Source: Nitrosopumilus sp. (GTDB lineage Archaea > Thermoproteota > Nitrososphaeria > Nitrososphaerales > Nitrosopumilaceae). From it: a stretch of DNA of 64,000 nucleotides. The notes below the pieces were generated by a model. It ran no database searches, had not been told where the DNA came from, and saw only the letters and a list, made by a program, of their open reading frames with translations. The position numbers and the translations under genes were made by a program. This document shows positions 53,390 through 64,000 of this stretch, one piece after another (within the stretch, counting starts at the first letter, position 1; each line of letters starts with the position of its first letter). Location of the stretch: contig OZ250186.1 in NCBI GenBank assembly GCA_965238275.1, positions 1,728,001 through 1,792,000 of the forward strand. Reading direction: 5' to 3'.

Positions 53390-54213
53390 TGTCTCCAATC
53401 GGAGATCTGGGATGCGTGGAATGGTATACTGGTGTGGAGTTGGTATCTCAGAAATGGCTGGCCTTGGATCGTCATCCTGATGCTGAAAAGTATGGGCCCG
53501 AGATAGTTCGATATTTCACGCCCCATGCCGAAACCCAGCCAATTCTTAATCATACCGTGACGCTGTCTCTGTCAGAACTGCCAATAGTTGGACAGAATGT
53601 GACTGTCACTGCTACCGTGGAATCTGATGAGGCTGCCTCTGAAAGGAACTCGAGGGTAGAGTTTCTGTTTATGGGCGCATTGAACGTCACATCATCACAT
53701 CCCGATGTTAATCCCGGTTCCCATGATGAATATTATCCAGGTACCTACTTTTCTACGCCATCAATTGCCCTGACACCTGGCGGAACACACCAATTCAACA
53801 TGAATGTGGTGCCAACTGCAGAGGCTCTTGCCCTCATATCTGTTCGACTTCCATCATGGGGTTTTGCCGTAAACGATGATCGTATCTACCTCTCAATTGG
53901 AAGTCAAAAATCAGGCTACCAGTTGGACAAGGATTCACATGCACGGGACCCTGATGTCAACTATGTCTGGACTGAAAGGACAATCCCGCAGTGTGTCTAT
54001 TATCCTTGGGATGAAACCGGTCAGACAATACAGCAATATTATGCGGATTTGGGGATCGTCGTTCTGGAAACAAAGTATCCGTCTTATCCATTTGTCGTCT
54101 GTATGGCATGTGGTTGCTATGGTAACTCAGTTTTATTTTTAATACCTGAGTCAGATTATGATCAGGTGCCCAGTCTGGACGAATGGGTGAATCCCCAGTC
54201 CGATCATCAGTAA
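53326..54213 (+). pseudogene. exported protein, 3' part
   Basis: Second C...G.CV...T...L...W module, Ig-like beta region, VCMACGC; extreme end derived from an IS5 remnant. Confidence 0.8.
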
Positions 54214-54310
54214 TCCTGACTGCCAGAATTCTTTTTGTATTCGTGTCCACCAGAACGCGCATCTTTACAAATCTGCGTCTTGCCTGTCACTTTTGCCTTA
54301 TCCGCCCCCC
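54183..54310 (-). mobile_element. IS5-family (IS903-like) internal fragment
   Basis: IRQK*..RR.FVKMRVLVDTNTKRILAVRITDDRTGDSP, a degenerate KxHxxVD...ILA..T...GD motif. Confidence 0.65.
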
Positions 54311-54359
54311 CCCCTGAATGTTCCGCTTAAACTATATACTAAAATATGTACAGCCAGTC

Positions 54360-54860
54360 ATGATACGAATCGGCATAATACTCGTGGTGGGTGCAATGAT
54401 GGCATCCATGGCTGCAGCCATGTACGCATACGTAGAGTACCAGACAAACTACATCGAGGTAAATGCCGGCGACACCATCACCATCGGTCCGGTGGAATAC
54501 GTAGTATTGTTTGACGGAACCCACGAGGGAAGCAAGGCTGTCAGGGCCAACAACACGTTTGTCCAGATCATGATCACTGCAAAAAACACAGGCGATGAGA
54601 GAACGCTCCTTTCAGGGGGGCAGATGTACATCCTAGATGCGGACGGAGAGAGGCACGAGGCGGTCCACGGCGCATTCTCGGCCAAGGATCTGCTCGTGGA
54701 ATGGCTGGAACCGGACAGGGCAGTTGAAAGAACCACGCAGTTTGACATACCGTTCAATGAGGAGGGTAGGTATGATGTCCTCATAAGGCCGCAAAAGGAG
54801 CAGGCGTCATCGGACATTGCAGTGATCTGCATTGCCAACTGCCAGCAGGAAAGACCATAA
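54360..54860 (+). CDS. DUF4352-like membrane-anchored Ig-fold protein
   Basis: N-terminal TM; FVQI.ITAKNTG...ILDADG...LEP...FDIP. Confidence 0.7.
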   Translation: MIRIGIILVVGAMMASMAAAMYAYVEYQTNYIEVNAGDTITIGPVEYVVLFDGTHEGSKAVRANNTFVQIMITAKNTGDERTLLSGGQMYILDADGERHEAVHGAFSAKDLLVEWLEPDRAVERTTQFDIPFNEEGRYDVLIRPQKEQASSDIAVICIANCQQERP

Positions 54861-55180
54861 AACCAGGATTTACCGCACGGTTGGAAAGTCTGCATCACCT
54901 GTTTCTGACAGGATACTGCAGTATCATTTTACGGCACACGTGATCATCACTACGGCACCCATCCTGACAAACCAGTTTTTGGGTATGGTCCTGTTGCCGG
55001 CCGGATTTTTGCAGAACCGGCGGGCACTTTCATCACATCTTGCACAGGAACTCGTGCCTTGCAGGACACTCCTCTCAGCGGCATCACCAAAAGGCATGCG
55101 GCAAAAACAGGCATTCGGACAGGCAGTACAGGACCACACACTTGACGCCGTCGTCCCTAACTCGAGGCTGTAAATATATG

Positions 55181-55208
55181 ATGTTTCTAAATTCGAATTT
55201 AGAAACAT
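55181..55208. repeat. second copy of the 28-bp palindrome
   Basis: Identical to 50352-50379; abuts the stop codon of the PPOX gene. Confidence 0.9.
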
Positions 55209-55622
55209 TCAGGATTTAACATCGTTGATCTTTGGCCGCGGCATGACAAATACGCTGGCAGGCCTGATCCTCAGGATGATCCTCTTTTCACCGTCACGCC
55301 TGAACGGGTAACGATCACGGCCCATGTACTTTTGTGCAAGCCTGTCTGCATGCTCATAGTCATAGTCGGGGATAATCCCCACGACAGTGCCACGGACAGT
55401 TGCCATGTCAAGCGGACTGTCCCGGGATACGACAGAGACTGCAACACGGGGATCACGCAGGATGTTTTTGTGCTTTGTTCTTCCCTCCGCCGTATTGACC
55501 AGGATGTGGCTGTCCTCATAGTCGGCCCATACCGGGGAGACCTGCGGGGAACCGTCCTTCATGACAGTTGCAATAAAGACAAGATTTGCCTCCGAGAACA
55601 ACCTTGCCGCCTGCTCATCCAT
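55209..55622 (-). CDS. PPOX-class F420-dependent oxidoreductase
   Basis: IATVMKDGSPQVSPVW...R.KHKNILRDPRVAVS...LAQKYMG. Confidence 0.9.
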   Translation of the reverse strand: MDEQAARLFSEANLVFIATVMKDGSPQVSPVWADYEDSHILVNTAEGRTKHKNILRDPRVAVSVVSRDSPLDMATVRGTVVGIIPDYDYEHADRLAQKYMGRDRYPFRRDGEKRIILRIRPASVFVMPRPKINDVKS

Positions 55623-56341
55623 GGAACATGTCACAGCGTCCTGTAAGAAAAATCTTCTGCAGACGGCAGGATTCAAAAGGGCACCATCCGGCCAGGATTC
55701 ACAGCCTGCCGGTACGGGTGATGTCCGGTTTTCATGCACGGTTGTGCCTGCATCGGACTACTGTCAGAATCGTGTCCTGATACTACAAAAGCCGCAGAAC
55801 GTGGCACCCCCAACCATGACGGACATCACGTGCGGGGGCTCTCACCGATGTCGTCTCCACGGCATCAACATGGTATTGGTATGATGTTTGTTGTACGGAC
55901 ATACGTGATACCAGTATGATACAAATGATATTGGTATGATGCTTATAATACTGATATGACATTCAGGGTATAAAGAGGATATTTATCCCACATATGGGAT
56001 AAAAATCATATCTGCATGATTAAGGCAGTATCAATGGCATGGTTATGGCATGAGAGGAATCCGGATGATGCCAGCAGAATGACGGTGATGCCATGACACA
56101 TACCCCCGTACCACGTCATCCAGCGGATGCCATGGCAGCGGTGTGATTCTTTTGAGACAGTGGCAAAAAAATCTCGCCCCGGCAGCCCATGTGCCGAAAG
56201 GCATCAAAAACAGGGGTCAGCGTGCCGTGTGCCGTAAAACAAAATTCGAGTCAGCATGCCTCTGCATGAACAGAACAGGCAGAATTCTGCATGCCCGCCA
56301 GCCTTCAATCAGGAACGTGTAAGGATCATCACAAGGATGGG

Positions 56342-57169
56342 TCAGGGCAGGTGCAGGCCTGTCAGTCTTTCATATGCTGCAGTGTAACGCCGTGTCATCT
56401 TTGCAACAATTTCAGAGGGAATCTCGGGTGCGACAGGCTCTGCTCCTGCGGCACGGGCATCATCAAACTGCTTTTGATAGCCGTTTGCAGTCAGCCAGTC
56501 GCGCAGCAGCTGCTTGTCATATGCCTCCTGTATCCGGCCCACCTCAAACGAGTCCTTTGGCCACAGCCGGTACTCGTCGGGGCCTATCGAGTCCCCAAGG
56601 GTGATGCGGCCGTCAAGAATCCCAAACTCCAGTTTCAGATCAGCCAGTATGAATCCTGCACCATCTGCAATTCGGGCCATCTTCTGATAAATCCCGATTG
56701 AGGTATGCTCAAGGATATCATACTGTTCGGGGCTTACCAGGTTCCTTTGGATTGCGCCCTCCCTGTCAACAGGGACATCATGCTCCGACTTTGTGGTAGG
56801 GTCAAAGACAGGTACCGGCAGTCTTGCTGCAAGTCTGGTGTCTGCACCGTCAGGAAGCCTTGCAGTGCCGCTCTTCCACCTGTTGACCAGGCTGCCATAA
56901 AAGTATCCGCGCACCACGCATTCAATGGGAAGCATGTCCATTTTTTTTACGACAATCTCGGTATCTGACTGGCGTCTTACAAAATGGTTCGGGGTCTCAA
57001 GCCTGTCAAACCAAAACTCTGCAAACCTGCACAGCACCTCCCCCTTCCTTGGAATATCCTGTCGAAACTTTACATCATACGCAGAGACCCTGTCTGAAAA
57101 CCTGAAGAGGAGCGTCCCAGGATCCACCTCATAAATATCCTTTACCTTTCCGCTTGCAAGAAACCTCAA
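56342..57169 (-). CDS. purC: SAICAR synthetase
   Basis: [48 protein letters not shown]. Confidence 0.97.
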   Translation of the reverse strand: MRFLASGKVKDIYEVDPGTLLFRFSDRVSAYDVKFRQDIPRKGEVLCRFAEFWFDRLETPNHFVRRQSDTEIVVKKMDMLPIECVVRGYFYGSLVNRWKSGTARLPDGADTRLAARLPVPVFDPTTKSEHDVPVDREGAIQRNLVSPEQYDILEHTSIGIYQKMARIADGAGFILADLKLEFGILDGRITLGDSIGPDEYRLWPKDSFEVGRIQEAYDKQLLRDWLTANGYQKQFDDARAAGAEPVAPEIPSEIVAKMTRRYTAAYERLTGLHLP

Positions 57170-57324
57170 ACACCCATGTTCAGTCAGGGCAGAATTTAAC
57201 TGCTAGTGTCAAAAGTAAACGGGGTGCTGTGCAAATCTTGGATTCAAGATATTTAGTCTGTTGCCAGACTGCCCTAAAGAACGTGCTGAGTACTTTCTCC
57301 ACGTCGCGTACCGGATGTGTTGAT

Positions 57325-57567
57325 TCACCAGCGATTTTTCAGGCTCCGGCGATAGGTGTGTGTGGTATTGCTGCCCCTCACCACGAGGAGCCTGCATACT
57401 TTGCAGTTGGAGCACTCCTCGTAAATCTTGTAGTCGTCGCCACTCAGGGCAAACCAGCCCGGATTGGACTTTTTGCCCACCCTGCACCGCGTCCACGCGT
57501 GATCCTTCTTGGCACAGTCGGGGCAGTCCGGCGTCCATCTGTCCGGCGGCGCATCAGTCATTGGCAT
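57325..57567 (-). CDS. small Cys-rich protein
   Basis: CPDC...CSNC; otherwise unassigned. Confidence 0.45.
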   Translation of the reverse strand: MPMTDAPPDRWTPDCPDCAKKDHAWTRCRVGKKSNPGWFALSGDDYKIYEECSNCKVCRLLVVRGSNTTHTYRRSLKNRW

Positions 57568-57688
57568 TTCCCTCCGCAGAACTGGTTTGGACTGAATTTA
57601 GGCTTTTCGGCAGTCGGGCCGTCGCGCCGTGATCACATTTGGGTCATGAGTGTGAATCGTTAAATATTATAGATATCTATATGCATCT

Positions 57689-57925
57689 ATGGAACAGTCA
57701 AGTATTGCAGTTTCTAAAAAATCCAAAGAAGAATGGGAGCAATTTAAAAACCACCCAGGCGAATCCATGGAAACCATGATTAATAGGATTTTAAAATCCA
57801 AAGCTGAGGAAGATGCAGACCTGCTTACAGAAAAAGACATTCTAGAAATCAAGGCATCGATTTTGGAAATTGAAAAAGGCGACTACCAAACTCAATCCCA
57901 AATGAAAAAAAAGTATGGGTTATAA
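57689..57925 (+). CDS. antitoxin (RHH-type, RelB-like)
   Basis: SSIAVSK...K.HPGESME..I.RIL; acidic C-terminus; directly upstream of relE. Confidence 0.8.
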   Translation: MEQSSIAVSKKSKEEWEQFKNHPGESMETMINRILKSKAEEDADLLTEKDILEIKASILEIEKGDYQTQSQMKKKYGL

Positions 57926-57927
57926 GT

Positions 57928-58188
57928 TTGGCACGTGGTTGGAGGGTGGTTTATTCCACCCAGGCTCAAAAAGATCTTGATGGCCTCGGAGAAGATCTTG
58001 CCAAAAAAATCATTTTATTGATGGATGAGATTGCTTTAGATCCTTACAGATTACTTGAAAAAATGACAAACTCGCCGTTTTACAAATTTAGAGTGGGAGC
58101 CTATCGGGGAATCGTGAATATCGTCAATGACAAACTGGTTTTACAGGTAGTCAAGACAAGGCATCGCTCACAGGCTTATAAAAAATAA
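57928..58188 (+). CDS. relE: RelE/ParE family toxin
   Basis: WRVVYS.QA.KDL..L...YKFRVGAYR.I...HRSQAYK. Confidence 0.9.
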   Translation: MARGWRVVYSTQAQKDLDGLGEDLAKKIILLMDEIALDPYRLLEKMTNSPFYKFRVGAYRGIVNIVNDKLVLQVVKTRHRSQAYKK

Positions 58189-58363
58189 TTCTGAATGCCA
58201 GATAACCCAAACGTGATCACGGCGCGGCAGGATGGAATTGTTCATCATATCGCGTCTCAGGCGATTTTTTTGGTGGTACATAAAGGCCGTCTGGGGCGTA
58301 CCTTATTGATCTGTTTGGATTGAAAATTTGCCTGAACGTGTCACATTTGCCTTTGCCGAACTT

Positions 58364-59526
58364 TTACCGCAGCGCCAGCGGCGTGACTGCCGTAAACACC
58401 GGAGACGACGGGTCCGATACGTCAAATATGTGGACTATGTTCTCGTCGTCCATCATGACAAGCGCAAGCGTCGCAGAGTCAGTATGCACTACCCCCACAT
58501 TGCGCACCCCGTAGATGGTCGTGCCTTCCAGTCCGGCGCTAATCAGCCCTCCATCGTCGGGGATGCAGGATCACCAAAATCCACCACATGCACCTTGTCA
58601 GATTCCAGCACCAACGCATGGCTTCCAATCACGGCAACGTCAATTATGCCCGAGGAACTGTAATGCATCTCCATTGCGGCGCCGCAGTTCACTATCATGC
58701 AGAAGTTCGACTGTTCCATGCCTTCAAGCCCGTGCCGCTCATCCATCAGCGCCACCTGTACCGGAAACGACTGATCCGTAATGTCCACCACTGCGACTGT
58801 CCCATGGCCGGCAACAAGCGCAAATACTCCCCGTTCGGACGCCACAGTCTCGATATCGGAAATGTCATTTATTCCTTCAAAACCGTACTGGCCATCTCGG
58901 ATTACCGACACCGGATTCGGGTTGGGAAGATCAGTCACGTCCAACACCTGAATCGCATCAACGCTTGCTATCATCACGTACGTCCGACCGTCGGATACAA
59001 ACTGCTCTACCTCAGAGGCCTCCTCCAGTGCATAAAAGCCATAGGAGGCATCCCGGACATGGTTTACCAGCAGCGGCTCTTCAGGATTTGTCACGTCCAC
59101 TATCTGAATCGTATCCCCCACGGCAAGTAGCGCGTACGTCCCGTCGCGCGCGTGTATCACCTCCAAGTCAGTCACCACAGAGTCGCCTGGATCTCCGGCC
59201 CACCCACTAACGACTGAGACGGCGGTAGGCGCGTACGGCTCAGTCACGTCCACAACGTGCAGGGCGTTGTCTGCCGAATCAACTACAAACAGGTAGTTGT
59301 GCCCATCGACTAACGCAACCTCCAGGTCTGCAGCCTCGCCGGTCTCAAACCCTGGCACGTGCACCAGATCCAGCGGCAGGTGGAGCGACGTGATATCCAT
59401 GATTCGCATCGGCCCGTCTCCCACAACGTTATAGGTGGCATCACCGTCCACAAATATCGTCTCGGCGTATGCCGTAACGGGTGCCATGGCTGCAAACAAC
59501 ATTATGAAAAATACTAAAATATTCAT
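58364..59526 (-). pseudogene. LVIVD-repeat beta-propeller exported protein, frameshift near the 3' end
   Basis: Repeated IQIVDVTNP / VVDITD / IFDVSDP units; last repeat continues in another frame below 58548. Confidence 0.75.
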
Positions 59527-60038
59527 TTAACCAATTGCATGATATAGTGTATTTAAATATTTAAGTAAGAATCAAGATAAACAGTCAGTTCGGTACACGA
59601 TAATTGAACAACTTGTACCTAAACGCAGCATCTTACTGTCCAATTATTGTCTGAGTCCCGGCATTAAATGCCAAAGAACGCCGCAGGCACATTGCAGGAT
59701 GCGACAGCTGATCCTGCAATCTTGGACGGGCAGGAACCAAGACCCTGCAGGCGGCAGCAGGGCAGGCACGTTTCAAATGACACTGCAAGCTACTACATGC
59801 AGTGCGCACACCGTTTCACTGTGAGGCTTAAATTGGACAACTCTCAGAATTTGACGGGATCGTAGTCTAGATTGGTAGGATTCTGCGTTCGGGACGCAGA
59901 GATCGTGCGTTCAAATCGCACCGATCCCATCTAAATCATCGTTATGCAGAAACGCGTGCAGGTACAAGTATGAAAAATCATGCAGCAGTATGAAAAACCT
60001 TGACCCATCATGTAAAATAAAACCTCGGGCAACACCAC

Positions 60039-60239
60039 GTGATGCAAGTACGGACAAGAAGCAGCTGGTGGTACCTGCTGCCCATATTTCTTGGAGTGGT
60101 AGGTGGAATCATCGGATACTTTGTCATCCGCCATGACGATCCAAAAAAGGCAAAAAACTGCGTGTACCTGGGAGCCGCCCTGACCGCAGTCCACATAGTG
60201 CTAAACATCGCATCTGCGGCAGCAGGTTTTGTCTTCTGA
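60039..60239 (+). CDS. small membrane protein
   Basis: WWYLLPIFLGVVGGIIGYF..R.DDPKKAKNC motif, two TMs. Confidence 0.8.
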   Translation: MMQVRTRSSWWYLLPIFLGVVGGIIGYFVIRHDDPKKAKNCVYLGAALTAVHIVLNIASAAAGFVF

Positions 60240-60417
60240 TTCTCGACCAATCTATGCATGACGCCCCGACCGTTGCATTTTGTGCAAGCCGTTCTTAATG
60301 CAGAACCTGGCTTCTTTGTCTACAGGATACCGCCTGTAGAGTCAGATGATGATGATGATGATGATGCTCGGCCACACAAGGCCCGGCGTGTTCCCCGCAA
60401 CAATTTGGGTGCGGTAC

Positions 60418-60918
60418 CTAGTGTTTGGGATTCTCAAGCACGTTTGTCACGGCCCGGTTCATAATCTCCACCATCAGATACTGGGAGTACTCCTCAGGCT
60501 TCTTTCCCTTTGGCGCATCCGACGATATGTCCAATCCCTGGAGGATCTTTTCAAGCTTTGCAGATGTCTTGCTTATGATTTTGGAGTACTTTGTTTCAAA
60601 GTCGTCTGGCGGCTGAAAGCCCATCAGTCGGACTGATGTGCCATAATACTTTGTGACTGCGCCCCTCTGTTCATCAATCCTTGTAATCTCAATCATTCCT
60701 GACACCTTTAGAACCTCCAGATGATGGCGAATCGTAGTCAGCGCCTTGTTAAAGCCGACTTTTTTGAGCCTTTGGGTAATCTGGTCTGCAGAAAGGCTCT
60801 GCTTGTACAGCATCTCTACGACCTTTGCCCGAATGGGATCCTCGATTGCGCGCGCGTGGGCTGTGCTTGTAGTGACTATGCGGTTTATCTTGATCGGTCT
60901 TTCCAGCAGCGTCGACAT
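60418..60918 (-). CDS. ArsR-like winged-helix regulator
   Basis: DPIRAKVVEML...TTIRHHLEVL..SG.I...GAVTKYY. Confidence 0.85.
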   Translation of the reverse strand: MSTLLERPIKINRIVTTSTAHARAIEDPIRAKVVEMLYKQSLSADQITQRLKKVGFNKALTTIRHHLEVLKVSGMIEITRIDEQRGAVTKYYGTSVRLMGFQPPDDFETKYSKIISKTSAKLEKILQGLDISSDAPKGKKPEEYSQYLMVEIMNRAVTNVLENPKH

Positions 60919-61068
60919 GCTTGGATTCCTGGTCTGATCTAAAAGATGCCGGTATCATATTTTTTTGTCCAGCAGCATTGTTTTTTTTCCGCTACGGGAT
61001 CCGTCTCATCAGGTACGCCTGCACATGCCTGTTCTGGGAGGCTTTTGCAGGATCATGTCTGGTGGGAA

Positions 61069-61455
61069 TCAGGAGCCCATCATGCCGACCATCTTGGGCA
61101 GTTCACGGTAGGCCTTGCTGACAAAGACATCGTTATCGGCACTTATCATGACAAACTCCATGGAGTTCTCAGGCGGAGGCGAGACTATGACCTTCTGTCC
61201 GGCCCTCAGGGTGCCCAGATCCAGCGTGTCCCCGTCTCCAAAATTGACGCGAATGTTGGTAAGGGGTTCAGAGCCGGTGTTCTGTATCGTTACCCGGCCC
61301 ATCACAAACAGGCTCTGCTTGTCCAGTATCGGATCGACAAATATGTCATGTTTCTGCGTGGCCACAGACAGTTTGAGCACGTCGGCGCCAAACACCACTG
61401 CCATCAGCACAATCACCCCAATCCCCAACCCTACAAGCATGGTGTACTGCTTCAC
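61069..61455 (-). CDS. membrane-anchored Ig-like (CARDB-like) protein
   Basis: TM then VTIQNTG..PLTNI.V......LG.L..G. Confidence 0.7.
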   Translation of the reverse strand: MKQYTMLVGLGIGVIVLMAVVFGADVLKLSVATQKHDIFVDPILDKQSLFVMGRVTIQNTGSEPLTNIRVNFGDGDTLDLGTLRAGQKVIVSPPPENSMEFVMISADNDVFVSKAYRELPKMVGMMGS

Positions 61456-61656
61456 AGCAATGTTTGTTGCATCTAATAATTAAGGATCACATGACAGCAG
61501 TCATGCAGGGAACAAATTTTGCCATGACGGGTTCGGGCATTTCAAACCTGGTGCGATACCAGACGGCAGTCATCTGGCAGGGCAGAATTGTCGGATAGTT
61601 CTCATGCACCATCCAGAAGCGTTGCTACATACTGCCCTGAAATTCCTTGAAATTTT

Positions 61657-63417
61657 GTAATTGTTTCGCTTTTTGAAGTGGCCTGCCTAACAGTGGAGCG
61701 GGTGCAGCCTTTCCCTTACCGTGAAATCTTTTTTCCCGTGATGCACCACGCGTGCCGTCGGATGGCGCCTCAACTGTCTCCAGAAGACGAGCGGACCAGA
61801 TGATCAAAGAAACTGTTTCCGCTGATCCTGTCAGTTGCCAGCAGCGTGAACAGGATCGAGTTGGCATCCATGCCCTTCTGGGAGCGGTTTCCGCCCCCGT
61901 CGCTCCTTATGGCCACGAACCTCCGGTTGACCCTCTCCACTGCGTTGTTGTCAGGCTCGATGCCGTCCACGTGCAGGCAGGTGGTCATAAAGTATCCCTC
62001 CCGGGGGTTCCTCTTCTTGTGTCTGGCGATGGTGCCGTGCCCATCGTCTGCAAACGGTTCGTTCATCAGCCCGCGCAGCTCCGCGTCTATGCAGTGGGCC
62101 GCGACGATCCTCGTGTGCCCGTCTTTGATCCTGGATGCGCGATAAATCTTATCATGGATTGCCGACAGCCTGTCCAGAAACTTTGGAACGTCACCTTTGG
62201 GGTTGGTCAGGACGTCCTTTTGCACCAGGCGTTCCTGGTGCCACACGCACATCTGGCGGCACGATCCCACGTGGAGCCATCCTGAATACGAGTCCTGCGT
62301 TATGGTTCCCTTGTAGTCCGGGAGTGTGTGGCAAAGCGTCTTGATGTCCCGAGAGCCGGTCACCTCCACGAGGCAGGCGTCTTTTGCCAAGGCCACTATC
62401 CCGTAGCCGCGTTTGCCGCCCAACGGCCAGTGGAATTCGTCTGCGTTCAGGTGTGGCGCCTCTAACACGCGCTTTCTTACAGAATCACGCTCCGGTGCCA
62501 TGCGCTCTGCCTGCCTGATCTTGCCGCGGTATGCAGACGGGCGCGAGATTTTGTGCCCCCACGCGTCGCTGCCAAATTCTGCGGCCCTGGCATGCGACAA
62601 ACCGTTCATGTTCAGGGACGTCATGGCCGCATCAAAGTTTGATGAACGGCGCGCGTGTTTTGCCGCGCCGGGAACCCTTCCAGAGACCTGTTTTTTGCAC
62701 CCGCGGCACCAGCGCCGCTTGATGACGTACCTGACGTTTTCCAGTATGACGCGCATGACAGTCACGATGCGATCGTACCTGTCAGTCACGTCCGAAAGAT
62801 TGTCGTTGCCACAGTCGGGACATTCCTTGCAGTCGATCTCCTCGACGCGGTCGACGCGTTTTGGCCTGCAGTTGATGGTGGGTTTTTGCCCCTTGGGCCT
62901 GCCGGCCTTCCTTGGGCCTGCCTTTTTCTTGGTCACGGTGGGGATGTTGATCCTGTTGGCCTTGGCGTTAAGCTCCCTGTTGGCCTTGGCGTACCTCTTG
63001 TTGTCCTCGGTGAGGGATGAGACGAGTGCCTGTAGTCCCTCGATCTCCTTGCAGTCTGCGCCTGGCCTGCCTGCAACTTCGGCGGCAGCCTCCGGAATCT
63101 TGCCTGCCAAACCGATCGTGTCACCAAGCACCCTTGTCCAGAACCGGCAGCACCTGCATCCTGATTTCATGCACGCCCCGGCATCCTGTGGGATTTGCGG
63201 CAGGACAGATGAGGATTCCATGGCCTTAAATTCCACTGCTTCCAACCACGATTGGCGTGCTGGTTCCTTCATTTGGTACTTCGAAGGAACTGGCACCCAC
63301 TGGTATTTGGATCGCAATGATCAATTTTTGTCGTCATTGGCACAAAATTATTGGATTCAGTTCAGGTGCCCTAGCTGCCCGCCGAGTCGTCCGGGCACTT
63401 CAAAAAGCGAAACAATT
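61657..63417 (-). mobile_element. IS66-family element (transposase 61770-63272)
   Basis: TIR GTAATTGTTTCGCTTTTTGAAGTG; CPDCG and CRGC Zn finger; NADE, TQD, QMC.WH..R, PDNNAVER motifs. Confidence 0.9.
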
Positions 63418-64000
63418 GTAAGTGATTCGCTTTTTGAAGTACCCTGACTCCTCTGCCGGTAGTCACCGTGTCGGGACGGAACCAGAAGATTTTTCACGCC
63501 TTGTCAAAAATAATTGTCTGTAGAGATCCAAGTACTAGCGGGTGCCAGTCCCTTCAGATCATCACAAATGAAGGAACCGACACACCAAACATGCTTGGAA
63601 GCGGAGGGATTTAAGGCAATCCCGGGACGTTCCGCGCCGGACTGCGGCACCTGCATGGAGTCCGGATGCGGGTGCTGCCAGTACTGGTCAGGCGTGGTGC
63701 GCGATGTCGTGGATGCCGCCGGCGGGATCCTGAAAATGGCGCGCAAGATTGCCGGTACGGCAGACGGCAAGGAGACAGAGAACCTGCGGGCCAGGGTGGA
63801 GTCACTTGAAGGAGACAACAAGAGGCACGTTGACGCAAACCGCAGGCTCAGCGCCCGGGCAAACGGGATAAGCATGCCTTCCTCCAAAAAGAAGGCCAAT
63901 CCCGGCAAGGCAGGCAGGCCCAAGGGGCAAAAGGCCACGATCAACAAGAGGCCCGATAAGGCAGACTGCACGGAGATCGTAGACTTTGACAGGTGCCCCG
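63418..64000 (+). mobile_element. second IS66-family element (partial, ORF from 63568 runs off the window)
   Basis: Starts GTAAGTGATTCGCTTTTTGAAGT; MKEP...CGCCQYW...KAGRPKGQK is homologous to the first copy. Confidence 0.85.

Larger units (their letters stand above)
57623..58226. mobile_element. inverted-repeat-bounded AT-rich cassette carrying a toxin-antitoxin pair
   Basis: CGCGCCGTGATCACATTTGGGTCAT (57623-47) vs reverse complement of 58202-26 CGCGCCGTGATCACGTTTGGGTTAT, 23/25. Confidence 0.7.

Noticed and set aside
59740-59870. Transposase N-terminal Zn-finger remnant (YYMQCAHRFT)
   Set aside because: Too short and degenerate to support a call.
62413-63447. Long antisense ORFs (also 26965-27906, 30308-31210, 38441-39196)
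   Set aside because: Shadows of real genes on the opposite strand in GC-rich DNA.

Overview
Archaeal chromosome segment, almost certainly Nitrososphaerota (Nitrosopumilaceae-like). This rests on CdvB/ESCRT-III, CFI-box-CTERM exported binding proteins, the proteasome alpha subunit and an archaeal ribosomal operon. The GC-rich, IS- and pseudogene-laden character suggests a host-associated lineage such as a sponge symbiont (inference only). Core block ~11-38 kb: TrkH, CcdA/redoxin, CdvB, psmA, the rpl3-rpl6 cluster and tRNA-Asn. Accessory blocks: (i) ~2.4-11 kb, a decayed integrative element (ArdC-like gene, secretion ATPase remnant, tyrosine recombinase hit by IS481, itself hit by a MITE); (ii) ~38-55 kb, LivJ-like binding proteins, defence remnants, a SWIM gene with three paralogous unknown genes, IS3 and a TnpB element; (iii) ~57-64 kb, an inverted-repeat-flanked relBE cassette and two abutting IS66 elements. 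Top finding: an intact-looking TnpB RNA-guided nuclease is the only cargo of a 1514-bp element (51810-53323) bounded by 25-bp terminal inverted repeats and a TA target duplication, i.e. IS630/Tc1-mariner-type ends rather than IS200/IS605 or IS607 ends. Removing it restores one in-frame 445-codon host gene. All family calls are from motif recognition by eye; no database searches were run.
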